This document shows positions 9,276-18,115 of a DNA stretch of 49,082 bases, piece by piece (the first letter of the stretch is position 1; every line of letters starts with the position of its first letter). The notes under the pieces were generated by a model that saw only the letters and a program-made list of their open reading frames with translations, was not told the origin of the DNA and made no database searches. This DNA comes from Spirochaetales bacterium (GTDB taxonomy: Bacteria > Spirochaetota > Spirochaetia > DSM-27196 > SLST01): contig SLST01000469.1 in the NCBI GenBank assembly GCA_007130265.1, positions 1 through 49,082 of the forward strand, written 5' to 3'. Made by a program: the position numbers and the translations under genes.

Positions 9276-9335
9276 TGCAGGCAGACTACTTGATGCTCCC
9301 GGGCTGGTCAATCGACGCGGAATGTCTGTCAGGAC

Positions 9336-9983
9336 TCACCGCGCGCGGGAGAAGATCCGGCTGCGAGCCTGATAACGCTGCCATTCGAGCCGCGGTCGGC
9401 GAGAGGCGGGTGCATCGAGAACGTCGACGATATGCTCGGCGTACCCGGCGGTGTCTGTCGACCGCGTGGAACAGAGGCGGACTTCGAGCGCCTCGTTCGC
9501 GTAGTACCGCTGCATTGCCTCGGCTCCCGAGACGAAGCCGCCGTACGATATCGCCTCGAGAGGCGATTGCAGCTCGCTCTCCTGCTCGAGCACCGCGAGA
9601 ACCAGGGTCCCGGACCGCTGTTTCTGGAAGAGCGCGAGTATCTCGCGAATCATGAACAGGTATCCCTTCACCTCGGCGTCGGTACGGTTTTCGATGCTGA
9701 CGATCGAGCTCTCGTGGAACGGAACGCTCTCCCGCACCGGAGAGAACACGATCACCGCCTCGTCGAGACGGCCATAGAGGTTGTGCGCGTGGAGCACGAC
9801 CGACCGCGCAGAGAGTGCGGACCGACGATTCCACGGTACCACGGTCGCCTCGTCGCCGACACCGGCAACCTCGAGGGCGCCGCTGCGCGCGATGAGCGTT
9901 CGTCGCTCGCGCGCGGTCGTGCGCCGGGCGACCTCGACGAGCAGCTCAGTAGACTTGCCGGTGACGAGGCACGTCCTTCCCAT
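9336..9983 (-). CDS. SDR-fold (Rossmann-like) protein with degenerate cofactor and catalytic motifs
   Basis: The 215-aa product has short-chain-dehydrogenase topology (CLVTGKSTELLVEVARR ... GRLDEAVIVFSP ... GTLVLAV ... ISYGGFVSGAEAM). The TGxxxGxG motif is replaced by TGKSTELL. The YxxxK lysine is absent (YGGFV). Confidence 0.55.
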   Translation of the reverse strand: MGRTCLVTGKSTELLVEVARRTTARERRTLIARSGALEVAGVGDEATVVPWNRRSALSARSVVLHAHNLYGRLDEAVIVFSPVRESVPFHESSIVSIENRTDAEVKGYLFMIREILALFQKQRSGTLVLAVLEQESELQSPLEAISYGGFVSGAEAMQRYYANEALEVRLCSTRSTDTAGYAEHIVDVLDAPASRRPRLEWQRYQARSRIFSRAR

Positions 9984-9994
9984 GCCTGGAGATA

Positions 9995-10807
9995 CTAACG
10001 GCCGTCTGAGCCGTGGTCAACGCCCGCGGCATCGGCGCCCGCTGCGTCCACGGAGTCGGCTGCCGCGCTGGAGGCTGCAAGGCGCAGATACCCGCGCGCG
10101 CATGCCTGATCGTCCGAGGTGCGGATCACCTCGAATCGTTCGGTCGCGCCGTCCGAGGCGAGGCTGACGCGATATCCGTCGCCAAGGAGCGCTTCCTTGA
10201 GAAAGTCGACGGCAAGCTCTTCGGCCTGCCGGCCCATGAGCTGCGGTGGGTCGAGCGCGTCGAGCACCCACTCGAGGTACGAGGCGTTGTTCACGTGCCG
10301 GTACTGATCTATGTCGTGGTATCGTACGGGGAACGGACCAACCGAACGCGACGTGGCAAGCGCCTCGAGACGGTCCACGTCACCGTCATACTCGCTCGGC
10401 GTGGCGACGATGTCGGCGACCACCGGCTCAGGACGCACGGGACGACCGCGACCGCCGTCGACGACAAGCCAGCCGCTCGCAGCGCGGCCAATGACGGCTC
10501 CGGACTCGTCATGAATCGAGAACTCGCGGATGGCGAGTAGTTTCTCCGTTCCGACTGGAAAGGTGCGAATGGTGAGCCGGTCTCCCCACCGCGGGTAACG
10601 ACTGATGCGGCAGCGCAGCCGCGACAGCACCCAGAAGTAGGCCCCGCCGGTCCGCTGGGCGAAGCCCTTCCCAAGCAGGTCCGCGTGCTGCCACGCCGCT
10701 TCCTGGAGCATTCGCAACAGGACAACGAGCCGCAGGCGTCCGTCAGGCTCAACCTCGTAGGACCGGACGACGAACGGCACGTTATGCTCACGAGGCGCCC
10801 TACTCAT
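9995..10807 (-). CDS. Acyl-ACP thioesterase
   Basis: The sequence shows a double hot-dog layout: FVVRSYEVEPDGRLRLVVLLRMLQEAAWQHA..., YFWVLSRLRCRISRYPRWGDRLTIRTFP, and VRYHDIDQYRHVNNASYLEWVLD. The start ATG at 10807 overlaps the upstream stop by 8 nt. Confidence 0.85.
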   Translation of the reverse strand: MSRAPREHNVPFVVRSYEVEPDGRLRLVVLLRMLQEAAWQHADLLGKGFAQRTGGAYFWVLSRLRCRISRYPRWGDRLTIRTFPVGTEKLLAIREFSIHDESGAVIGRAASGWLVVDGGRGRPVRPEPVVADIVATPSEYDGDVDRLEALATSRSVGPFPVRYHDIDQYRHVNNASYLEWVLDALDPPQLMGRQAEELAVDFLKEALLGDGYRVSLASDGATERFEVIRTSDDQACARGYLRLAASSAAADSVDAAGADAAGVDHGSDGR

Positions 10808-13800
10808 CGACTGCTCCCCGGCGCGGCGATCCCAGCGTATCGAGAAAAGCGTCGACGCGGTAGCGTGAGCGCGCCTGGGCCTCTTCCATCGCGAGCGCCG
10901 TCCGGTCGAGACGGATCACGTCGTTGATCAGCCGCACGCGTCCGGCGGTGTCGTCGGGCGCCACCCGGTCCATGCTCACGAGCGCCGTGGCGAAGAGCCA
11001 CCATCGCAACTCGTCGAGACGCTCCTTGCGGAACCAGACATCCCCCTCGTACTCGTTGAGCCCCAGGTACGTCGTGACGTCCCCGTTGGACATCAGGTCG
11101 CGCATCAGGCCGGGCAGAGGCTCCTCCGAGTCCGCGTAACGCTCCCACCAGTTTCCATGGGAGAGCACGATCTTGAGCAGGTAGACCCACCCCGCCTCGT
11201 GCACATCCGCTCCAAACGCCCGTGCCGTCCTGGCGATCAGCCCCCACTCCTCACAGATCCCCACCACCGGAGGGTAGACGGCTTCGAGCGGACGGAGCAG
11301 AAGCCAGGCGGTGAGCACGTCCCGCCGGTCTGCGCGTGCACGAATCCCCCTCAGGTACCGCTCGACGGCGAGCCGGTAGGTGACGGGCGCCTCAGCGGAG
11401 GTCTCGAGTTGGAGGAACGGCAGTCGCTCGACCGCGCGCAGCCCTTTGACGAGCGACGCGACCGCCTCTTCCACCGCGGCGTCGGAGGAAGGCGCCTGAT
11501 AGTTGCATCCCACCTGGATGAACGAGCGGTACCTGCGGGAAATCTGCCCAATCAGCTCGTCGCTCATCGTGCTGTGCCCGCGAATCGCCGCGTCTATCTC
11601 GTGGAAGGTGCGGCTGTTCGCGATTCCCGCGTACAGATCGAGCAACGGTCGCAGCGCAACGTCGCGGATCGCCTCTTCGACATCCTCAACCCCACGCCCC
11701 CCGAGCTCGTCGCACAACTGCGCGTAGTGACCATACTGATTGTCACGCACCTCGCGGAACTCGAGAAAGACCTGGCTCTGGTACCCGCCGAGCTCGACAT
11801 AGAGCCCACGCTCGCAGAGCTCGAGACTCTCGCGGATGAACCACCGACCGCTTCGATGATCACGAAACAGGCAGTATCGTCCGTGATCAGCCCGGAGACC
11901 AAGCGCCTTACCAAGGTCGCTTCGACGGTGTCGCTTGACCCCGTCCGGCGACTTCTCCAGGTATTCCGCGGAGACCCTGATCCAGCCCCCGGCCCGTTCG
12001 TACGCATTGTTGTAGAGCACGAGCGCCGACTCGTTGCCAGCCGAATTGGTGTAGGCAAAGACGTTCTCGCTCACCGCCCCGCCGTCGGTGACGAGGTCGT
12101 AGAGCAGAAAATGCTCGACCCCTGAGAAGAGATGCCGACGCCTCATGAGCGGAAAGATGTCCGACTCGTGTCGGGCAACAAGTTCGCGGTCCGGCTTCTC
12201 GTCGAGGTACGCGCGTCGGTACTCCATTCCGTACTTCTCGGTGAACCCTTCGATCTGCCCGTGCCCGAACATCGGCAACCCGGGCATCGTCACCATCAGC
12301 GTGCAGACGCCGATGTACTTGTCTCCCTTGTCGAACTGGGCAACGGCCGTTTCCTCATCCGGATTGTTCATGAAGTTGACGAACCGTCTGAGGACTTCCT
12401 TGTCGAACTCGAGCGTGTTCTTGATCGTGCGCCGGTACTTCGCGTTCTCCTCGGCCTTGAGCATGTTCATGAAGGCCGAGTTGTAGACGCGGTGCATGCC
12501 GAGGGTCCGCACGAAGTACCCCTCCATCATCCAGAACGCCTCGGCGAGGAGCAGCGTGTCGGGAACCTCGACCGCGACCCGGTCGACGACCTCGCGCCAG
12601 AACTCCTGCGGCATCGCGGCGTCGAACGCCTGCGCGCTCATGCCGTGCTCGGCGCGCGAGGGAATGTCGCCGCCGGACCCGGGCTCGGGGTACCAGAGCC
12701 GCTGTATGTGCTGCTTGGCGAGCGTCATCGCCGCGTCGAACCTGATGATCGGGAAGTTGCGGGCGACGTGGAGGATCGTGTTGATGATCGCCTCGCGTGC
12801 CTCGGGCTTGAGGAAATCGAGCTGGGCGGTGTCGTTCCACGGCATCGAGGTTCCGTCGTTGCCGTGATAGATGTGCCTCGTCTCACCGGTCGCGAAGTCG
12901 ACGCGACGGAAGACGACCGCCGCGTCCGAACGCGAGTAGTAGTGGTCTTCGAGGTAGACGCCGACGTCGGAAACCCCGGAGAGGTTCTCGCCGGAGAACT
13001 GATACGAGGGGAAGGGCGGATCGGGCACCTGCACGAACCAGTCCGGGTGTTCGATGACCCATCGGCCGTCAATGCCCGTATGGTTGGGCACCATGTCGCT
13101 CGCGAGCCTGATGCCGCGCGACTCGCACCGGCCGCGCAGCGTCGCGAGCGCCTCCCACCCGCCGAGCGCCGAGGCGATCTCGTACTCGTAGAGAGCGTAC
13201 GCCGACGCTTCAGCCTCAGGGTTTCCCATGATCTGCTTGATCCGCCGCGAGGCGGCGCTGCGTTCCCAGAGGCCGATCAGCCAGAGCCCGGTGAAGCCCC
13301 AGCTCGCGAGCCGGTCGAGCTCTTCGCCGGGCACCTGGTCGAGCCGGGTGATCTCCCGCCGGTATTCGCGGGAGAGCTGGTCGAGCCAGACGAGCGTGCT
13401 CTTCGCGACGATGACGACGCGGGGCATCCAGTCACGGTCGGGGGAGAAGCGCTCAGGATCTGCCCCCTCGTACCGGTAGATCCGGGTGGGTCCGGGACCG
13501 TCGAACCCGAGACGCGACTCCTCCTGAAGCACATCGAGCCCGCGCAGAAGGCGAAAGAGATAGGCGCCGAGTAACCCACCCCATCGTTCGCGCATGTACC
13601 CGAGCTGGCGCTCGAGGCTGTGCGGAAAGAGGCGAGCCGGCGTCTCGAGCATCTCCACCAGCGGCTGGTCGTCCGGGCCAAAGCCGGGCCGATCGCGGAA
13701 GAAACCGGCTAGCGCCTCGATCAGCTCGTGGTAGCCGCTCGTCTGAACGAGCGGCCCATCGTCAAAGAGCTCGCCAAAGGGAGCGAAGGCGGGATTGGTG

Positions 13801-14279
13801 TTCTCGAGCCGCAGCATCAGCATCTCTTCGAAAAGCACTTCGCGACCGGTTCGCCCCTCGTACTCGGTCTCGAGGAAATCGCCGATCTGCCGCTCACCGG
13901 CGTAGACCGGCGTGGGCGGGAAGTGCGTTGCGAAGGAGCGAATCGCCTCGTCGACGCGACGAGCGCCAAAGCGATCCTCGAGAGCGGCCAGCGCCTCGCC
14001 AATCACTTCGCGTCCGTACTGTTCCCGGTAGAGCTCGATCACGTAGTGCTGTATTTCGTCGATCAGCCCCATGGCGTTGATGTCGCCGGCACGGACGACC
14101 GTATCAGGTCGATGGATCAGATCTCGCCCGCGGTTCATCTCGTGGGCGAGCCGACGCGTTGCCTGGAGATCCGCGAGGATCACGTCTCCGCTCAGGGCGT
14201 AGAGGGAGCCGCGCACTCCGTACTTCTCACGAGCCGCACGGGTGATATGCAGTTCCCGCAGAAGCGGATCATCGTTCAC
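10800..14279 (-). CDS. Large alpha-amylase-family (GH13-like) protein
   Basis: The 1159-aa product has a central catalytic core. Region I is RLASDMVPNHTG. Region II is PIIRFDAAMTLAK (nucleophile Asp). Region III is LLLAEAFWMMEGY. Region IV reads FVNFMNNPDEE rather than NHD. Long flanks on both sides carry no motif I recognise. The GTG start overlaps the malQ stop (GTGA). Confidence 0.85.
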   Translation of the reverse strand: MNDDPLLRELHITRAAREKYGVRGSLYALSGDVILADLQATRRLAHEMNRGRDLIHRPDTVVRAGDINAMGLIDEIQHYVIELYREQYGREVIGEALAALEDRFGARRVDEAIRSFATHFPPTPVYAGERQIGDFLETEYEGRTGREVLFEEMLMLRLENTNPAFAPFGELFDDGPLVQTSGYHELIEALAGFFRDRPGFGPDDQPLVEMLETPARLFPHSLERQLGYMRERWGGLLGAYLFRLLRGLDVLQEESRLGFDGPGPTRIYRYEGADPERFSPDRDWMPRVVIVAKSTLVWLDQLSREYRREITRLDQVPGEELDRLASWGFTGLWLIGLWERSAASRRIKQIMGNPEAEASAYALYEYEIASALGGWEALATLRGRCESRGIRLASDMVPNHTGIDGRWVIEHPDWFVQVPDPPFPSYQFSGENLSGVSDVGVYLEDHYYSRSDAAVVFRRVDFATGETRHIYHGNDGTSMPWNDTAQLDFLKPEAREAIINTILHVARNFPIIRFDAAMTLAKQHIQRLWYPEPGSGGDIPSRAEHGMSAQAFDAAMPQEFWREVVDRVAVEVPDTLLLAEAFWMMEGYFVRTLGMHRVYNSAFMNMLKAEENAKYRRTIKNTLEFDKEVLRRFVNFMNNPDEETAVAQFDKGDKYIGVCTLMVTMPGLPMFGHGQIEGFTEKYGMEYRRAYLDEKPDRELVARHESDIFPLMRRRHLFSGVEHFLLYDLVTDGGAVSENVFAYTNSAGNESALVLYNNAYERAGGWIRVSAEYLEKSPDGVKRHRRSDLGKALGLRADHGRYCLFRDHRSGRWFIRESLELCERGLYVELGGYQSQVFLEFREVRDNQYGHYAQLCDELGGRGVEDVEEAIRDVALRPLLDLYAGIANSRTFHEIDAAIRGHSTMSDELIGQISRRYRSFIQVGCNYQAPSSDAAVEEAVASLVKGLRAVERLPFLQLETSAEAPVTYRLAVERYLRGIRARADRRDVLTAWLLLRPLEAVYPPVVGICEEWGLIARTARAFGADVHEAGWVYLLKIVLSHGNWWERYADSEEPLPGLMRDLMSNGDVTTYLGLNEYEGDVWFRKERLDELRWWLFATALVSMDRVAPDDTAGRVRLINDVIRLDRTALAMEEAQARSRYRVDAFLDTLGSPRRGAVDE

Positions 14280-16261
14280 GGCGCCTCCAGGCGCCGACGC
14301 TTGTCAAGCAGCGCCCGCAGGACGGCACGAAGCTCATCGTGGTCACGGAGGGTCGGTAGCGGTGTCGTACGGTAGCTCCAGTTCTCATCGCTGACGGTAC
14401 CGGGAGTGTTGACCCGCTCATCCGCCGGGTCGTCGGGCACGAGCCCGTCCACGAGCGCGAGCAGATCCTGAATTTGGAGGACGCAGAGCGCCGACCCGCT
14501 GCCCAACAGCCCCTCGGTCACGAGGCGAGCGGTCGCCGGATCGTAGTCGGCGGGCGGCTCGCCGGACAGACCGATGCTGCGCCAGAAACCTTCCCGGTCG
14601 TCGTCTTCGCGCCACCACCCGCGCATCGTGGAGGTGTCGTGCACCGAAGGCGCGCAGACGGTGAGGAACGGATAGTCGGCCGGTGGAATGTGCGGCCGGC
14701 CCGGCTCGTTCCACCGCCGCGCCCAGCGCGGAATCCGCAGCCCGAGGATCTCCAGGTCGGCAAGGGCGCCTGGCACGCAGTCAGGGATCGCGCCCAGGTC
14801 TTCGGCGCAGGCGAGCATCTGCGTCGCCTCCTGCAGGACGGCGAGGAGCCGTCTCCCCTGTTCCTCCCAGAGCTGCTCGGACTCCTCGCGCAGCTCCTCT
14901 GCGAGCGTCTTGAAGCGGCGACGCTCATCGCCGCTCAGCGTGTCGAAGCGCGAGCAGGAGGCGAACCACCAGACGGGGGCAAAGGTGTCGTGCTCGAGGC
15001 GTACGAGCGCCCGGTCGCGGTACTGCGCGGCGAGCCAGTCGCGGGCAGCCTGCGAGCAGTCAAGCGCCATGATGTCGCGCTCGCCCCGGATTCCCGGTCC
15101 GAAGAGGTAGAGATCCTCCCCTTCGATCTGCTGCAGCGCGAGATCGACCGCGGCATTCGCCTCGCCACCGAGCTGTTCCCGCAGGAGGGCCCCCCCGATG
15201 TGCGGCTCGGCGAGCCATCTGATCCGGTGATGGTCGAGTCCCGCCTCATTCAGACGCTCGCGCGTCGCGGCGGCGCCCGGGTTGAAGTGTCCGAGGTATC
15301 CGGTCACGTCGTCGGCGGGGATACTCCATACGCGGAAGAAACCGAGCACGTGGTCGATCCGGTAGGCGGCATAGTAACGGTCGGCCTGGTGCAGCCGCTG
15401 CTTCCACCAGCGGTAGTCGTCACGAGCGAGTTCCGCCCAGTCGTAGATGGGGAGTCCCCAGTTCTGCCCCGTCGGGCTCTGAGCGTCCGGTGGAGCTCCT
15501 GCGCGAAGCCGCGTCGAAAAGTAGCGGCGACTCGCCCAGGTGTCTACGCTATCCTCGTTGATGAGAATAGGCAGGTCACCCTTGAGCAGAACACCGTGGC
15601 CCGCGACCGCCTCTGCCGCCGAGCGCAGCTGCTCGTCCAGCCGCATCTGAACCCAGGCGTGATAAGTGAGCTCAGGCGCGCGCCGATCGTCCGACCAGAT
15701 GGTCGCGAGGACCTCCGGTGTCGGATCCCGGAACTCGGTCCACTCGTGCCATGCGGCGCCGGCGTGCTCGCCTTTGATCACCTTGTAGGCCGCGTACTCG
15801 CGAACCCAGGAGTGCTCGGACGCGAAATCGCGGACGGCGGACTGCAAACCCTCGTCGTGAGCGCTGCGGTCGTAGACGAGGCGCTCGACCGCGCTCTTCG
15901 CGTCGAGCACCGCGCTGTAGTCGACGCGCGGCGCCTCGTCGTGCGCGGCACGCAGTGCCCCGATCGCCGCGTCGACCTCGTTCCGGTTGGTGGGCGAGAG
16001 GTTCCCGTACTCCGGCAGTGATTCGACGCGCAGGTAGAGCGGATGCAGCGCGAAGGCGCTCAACGCGCTGTACGGAGACGGCTGCCAGCCGGTATCGTTC
16101 ACCGGGAGGATCTGGATCAGGTCGAGCCCGACATCGGCGCACCACTCGGCAAGCGGCGGCAGGTCGGCAAACTCGCCGGTTCCGAGCGAAGCGCTCGTAC
16201 GCAGGGCCGAAACCGGAACGAGGACACCGGTAAGGTACCGCGTGAGCCCTGGAAAGGTCAT
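14276..16261 (-). CDS. malQ: 4-alpha-glucanotransferase (amylomaltase, GH77)
   Basis: The N-terminus GVLVPVSALRTSASLGTGEFADLPPLAEWCADVGLDLIQILPVNDTG...SPYSALSAFALHPLYL is typical of the family. Further matches are YRIDHVLGFFRVWSIP and ACAEDLGAIP. Confidence 0.92.
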   Translation of the reverse strand: MTFPGLTRYLTGVLVPVSALRTSASLGTGEFADLPPLAEWCADVGLDLIQILPVNDTGWQPSPYSALSAFALHPLYLRVESLPEYGNLSPTNRNEVDAAIGALRAAHDEAPRVDYSAVLDAKSAVERLVYDRSAHDEGLQSAVRDFASEHSWVREYAAYKVIKGEHAGAAWHEWTEFRDPTPEVLATIWSDDRRAPELTYHAWVQMRLDEQLRSAAEAVAGHGVLLKGDLPILINEDSVDTWASRRYFSTRLRAGAPPDAQSPTGQNWGLPIYDWAELARDDYRWWKQRLHQADRYYAAYRIDHVLGFFRVWSIPADDVTGYLGHFNPGAAATRERLNEAGLDHHRIRWLAEPHIGGALLREQLGGEANAAVDLALQQIEGEDLYLFGPGIRGERDIMALDCSQAARDWLAAQYRDRALVRLEHDTFAPVWWFASCSRFDTLSGDERRRFKTLAEELREESEQLWEEQGRRLLAVLQEATQMLACAEDLGAIPDCVPGALADLEILGLRIPRWARRWNEPGRPHIPPADYPFLTVCAPSVHDTSTMRGWWREDDDREGFWRSIGLSGEPPADYDPATARLVTEGLLGSGSALCVLQIQDLLALVDGLVPDDPADERVNTPGTVSDENWSYRTTPLPTLRDHDELRAVLRALLDKRRRLEAP

Positions 16262-16335
16262 TCCGCATTCCCCTTCATACGTCCCCCTCTCCGCTCAGAA
16301 TATCGCGAATCTCGCGCGGCGGATAGCACCGCCCC

Positions 16336-18057
16336 TCAGAACCCTCCCGCCTGGCCGTCGCCGCGGGGATCGCTGCCCGACCAGAGCACGCCGTCGTCGC
16401 CGCGGGCGATGACCTGCCCAAGACCGAAAATCGCCCGCTGCTCGCCGGCGATCTCTTCCACCTCGTGCCCCCTCGCCCCGAGCTCCGCCGCGACGCCCGG
16501 GTCGGTGCCCTCCTCAACGAGCACCGTGCCGTTCGGATCGCCTCCGGCGAGCTGGAATCGCGAGGCGTCGAGCGCGGCCTGCGGGTCGAGTCCTTCGTCG
16601 ACGAGCCGACCTACCACCTGCAGATGCCCCTGCGGCTGCATCATACCCCCCATGACCCCGAAGACCGCGGCGAGCCGGCCCTCGCGGGTCATAAGCCCGG
16701 GGATGATCGTATGATATGGCCGCTTACCCGGGGCGAGCTCGTTCGCGTGCCCCGGCTCGAGGACGAACCCGAGTCCGCGGTTCTGGAGCGTGAAGCCGCA
16801 TCCGCGCGGGACGATGCCGGTCCCGAAACCGGCGAAATTGCTGTTGATAAATGAACAGCCGTTGCCCTCGGCGTCGACGACGGAGAAGTAGACCGTATCG
16901 CTCCCCGCGACGTGCGCCGGCAGGCCCGGACCAACGGAGGGCATCGCGCGATCGAGGCGGATACCCGCGGCGCGAGAGGCGGCGTAGTCGTCACCAAGAA
17001 GCTCGCCGAGCGGCGCCGGCGCGAAGGCGGGGTCCGCGACGAAGCGAGCTGCATCCGCAAAGGCGAGACGCATCGCCTCCACCTGCGCGTGGAGACGGTC
17101 GACCGGCTCCGCTCGCATCTCAGGCGGCAGGTGGCCGTAGATGCGGAGGGCAAGGAGCGCGGCGAGCCCCTGCCCGTTCGGTGGACACTCCCAGACGTCG
17201 AAACCGCCGTAGCGGACGCGCATCGGCTCGACCCACTCGCCGCGGTGAGCCGCGAGGTCTTCCGCGGACATGCACCCGCCCTCGTATTCGATCTCCTCGA
17301 TGATCCGCTCCGCGATCCAACCCTCGTAGAAGCTCTCACGTCCGTCCGCCGCGAGCGACTCGAGCACACGGGCAAGCCCCGGGTTCCGCAGCCGCTCGCC
17401 TACCGTGGGAGAACGACCGTCGACCATGAGCTCGTGGCCATGCCGGCGTCCGGCCACCTGCCGCTCAACACCCCTGGACCACCACCGCGCGGTCATAGGT
17501 CCGAGCGCGAACCCGTCGCGGGCGAGCCGGACCGCCGGCAAGAGCACGTCCGCCAGCGGCAGGCGCCCGAATCTGCGGTGCGTTTCGAGCCAGGCGTCGG
17601 CGGCGCCGGGCACGGTCACCGTATGGACATGGTAGTCGGGTAGGCGCGGAGATGTCCCCGCGACGGTCGGGATCACGCCCGCCGCCTCGCTTGCGCCGCC
17701 CGCGACGGTCGCCTGACTCGCGATCACCTCGTCGGAATCGACCGCCACCGCTCGAGCCGCCTCCGCGGTGAGCGCCCGCGGGCTTCGTCCCGATCCGTTG
17801 TAGGCGTGTACGGTTCCCGTCGCCGCCTCGTAGTAGAGGCAGAACGCGTCGCCGCCGAGGCCGGTCGAGCAGGCCTGCGTGACCTGCAGCGCGGCGGCGA
17901 CGGCGATCGCGGCGTCCGCTGCGCTGCCGCCCGCCCTCAGGACGTGAACTCCGGCCTCGGTGGCCGGCGCCTGGCTGCTTGCGACAGCCGCCGACGGCGA
18001 CAGCACGAACGACCGTCGCGACCGGTACTCGTAGTTGGTGTCACAGGTGAATCGCAT
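16336..18057 (-). CDS. ggt: Gamma-glutamyltransferase family protein without a signal peptide
   Basis: The sequence contains AGVHVLRAGGSAADAAIAVAAALQVTQACSTGLGGDAFCLYY. The autoprocessing and nucleophile region is GSDTVYFSVVDAEGNGCSFINS, followed by GMMQPQGHLQ. I use the ATG at 18057, preceded by AGAGGGA. The ORF-track extension to 18345 would run through the divergent promoter and the opposite gene. Confidence 0.88.
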   Translation of the reverse strand: MRFTCDTNYEYRSRRSFVLSPSAAVASSQAPATEAGVHVLRAGGSAADAAIAVAAALQVTQACSTGLGGDAFCLYYEAATGTVHAYNGSGRSPRALTAEAARAVAVDSDEVIASQATVAGGASEAAGVIPTVAGTSPRLPDYHVHTVTVPGAADAWLETHRRFGRLPLADVLLPAVRLARDGFALGPMTARWWSRGVERQVAGRRHGHELMVDGRSPTVGERLRNPGLARVLESLAADGRESFYEGWIAERIIEEIEYEGGCMSAEDLAAHRGEWVEPMRVRYGGFDVWECPPNGQGLAALLALRIYGHLPPEMRAEPVDRLHAQVEAMRLAFADAARFVADPAFAPAPLGELLGDDYAASRAAGIRLDRAMPSVGPGLPAHVAGSDTVYFSVVDAEGNGCSFINSNFAGFGTGIVPRGCGFTLQNRGLGFVLEPGHANELAPGKRPYHTIIPGLMTREGRLAAVFGVMGGMMQPQGHLQVVGRLVDEGLDPQAALDASRFQLAGGDPNGTVLVEEGTDPGVAAELGARGHEVEEIAGEQRAIFGLGQVIARGDDGVLWSGSDPRGDGQAGGF

Positions 18058-18074
18058 CACGGCATCCCTCTTAT

Positions 18075-18104
18075 ACACTATGGAAAACCGTTCTTCCATA
18101 GTGT
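18075..18104. promoter_or_regulatory. 30-bp palindromic operator-like site in a divergent promoter region
   Basis: The site reads ACACTATGGAA-aaccgttc-TTCCATAGTGT with perfect 11-bp arms. 13 of 15 positions are symmetric about a central CG. It lies between the ggt ATG (18057, minus) and the GTG at 18116 (plus). Confidence 0.5.
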
Positions 18105-18115
18105 AGGTTGGGGGC

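Noticed and set aside
12132-13574. Long antisense ORFs opposite well-supported genes. Examples are 12132..13574 (+), 14474..16021 (+), 18071..19333 (-), 20849..21970 (-), 24354..26351 (+), 26376..28340 (+), 30573..32924 (+), 33313..34257 (-), 35371..36708 (-), 42618..43988 (+), 44219..45163 (+), 45895..46887 (+) and 47645..48736 (-).
   Set aside because: Their translations are Arg/Gly/Pro/Asp/Glu-rich with no recognisable motifs. The opposite strand in each case encodes a protein with clear family signatures and G/C-rich third codon positions. Long spurious antisense ORFs are expected in high-GC DNA.
18075-18104. Interpreting the palindrome as a cre/LacI-GalR-type operator or as a terminator.
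   Set aside because: The central CG is present, but the flanks (GGAAAAC-CG-TTCTTCC) do not fit TGnAAnCGnTTnCA. Both flanking genes point away from it, so it cannot terminate either one.
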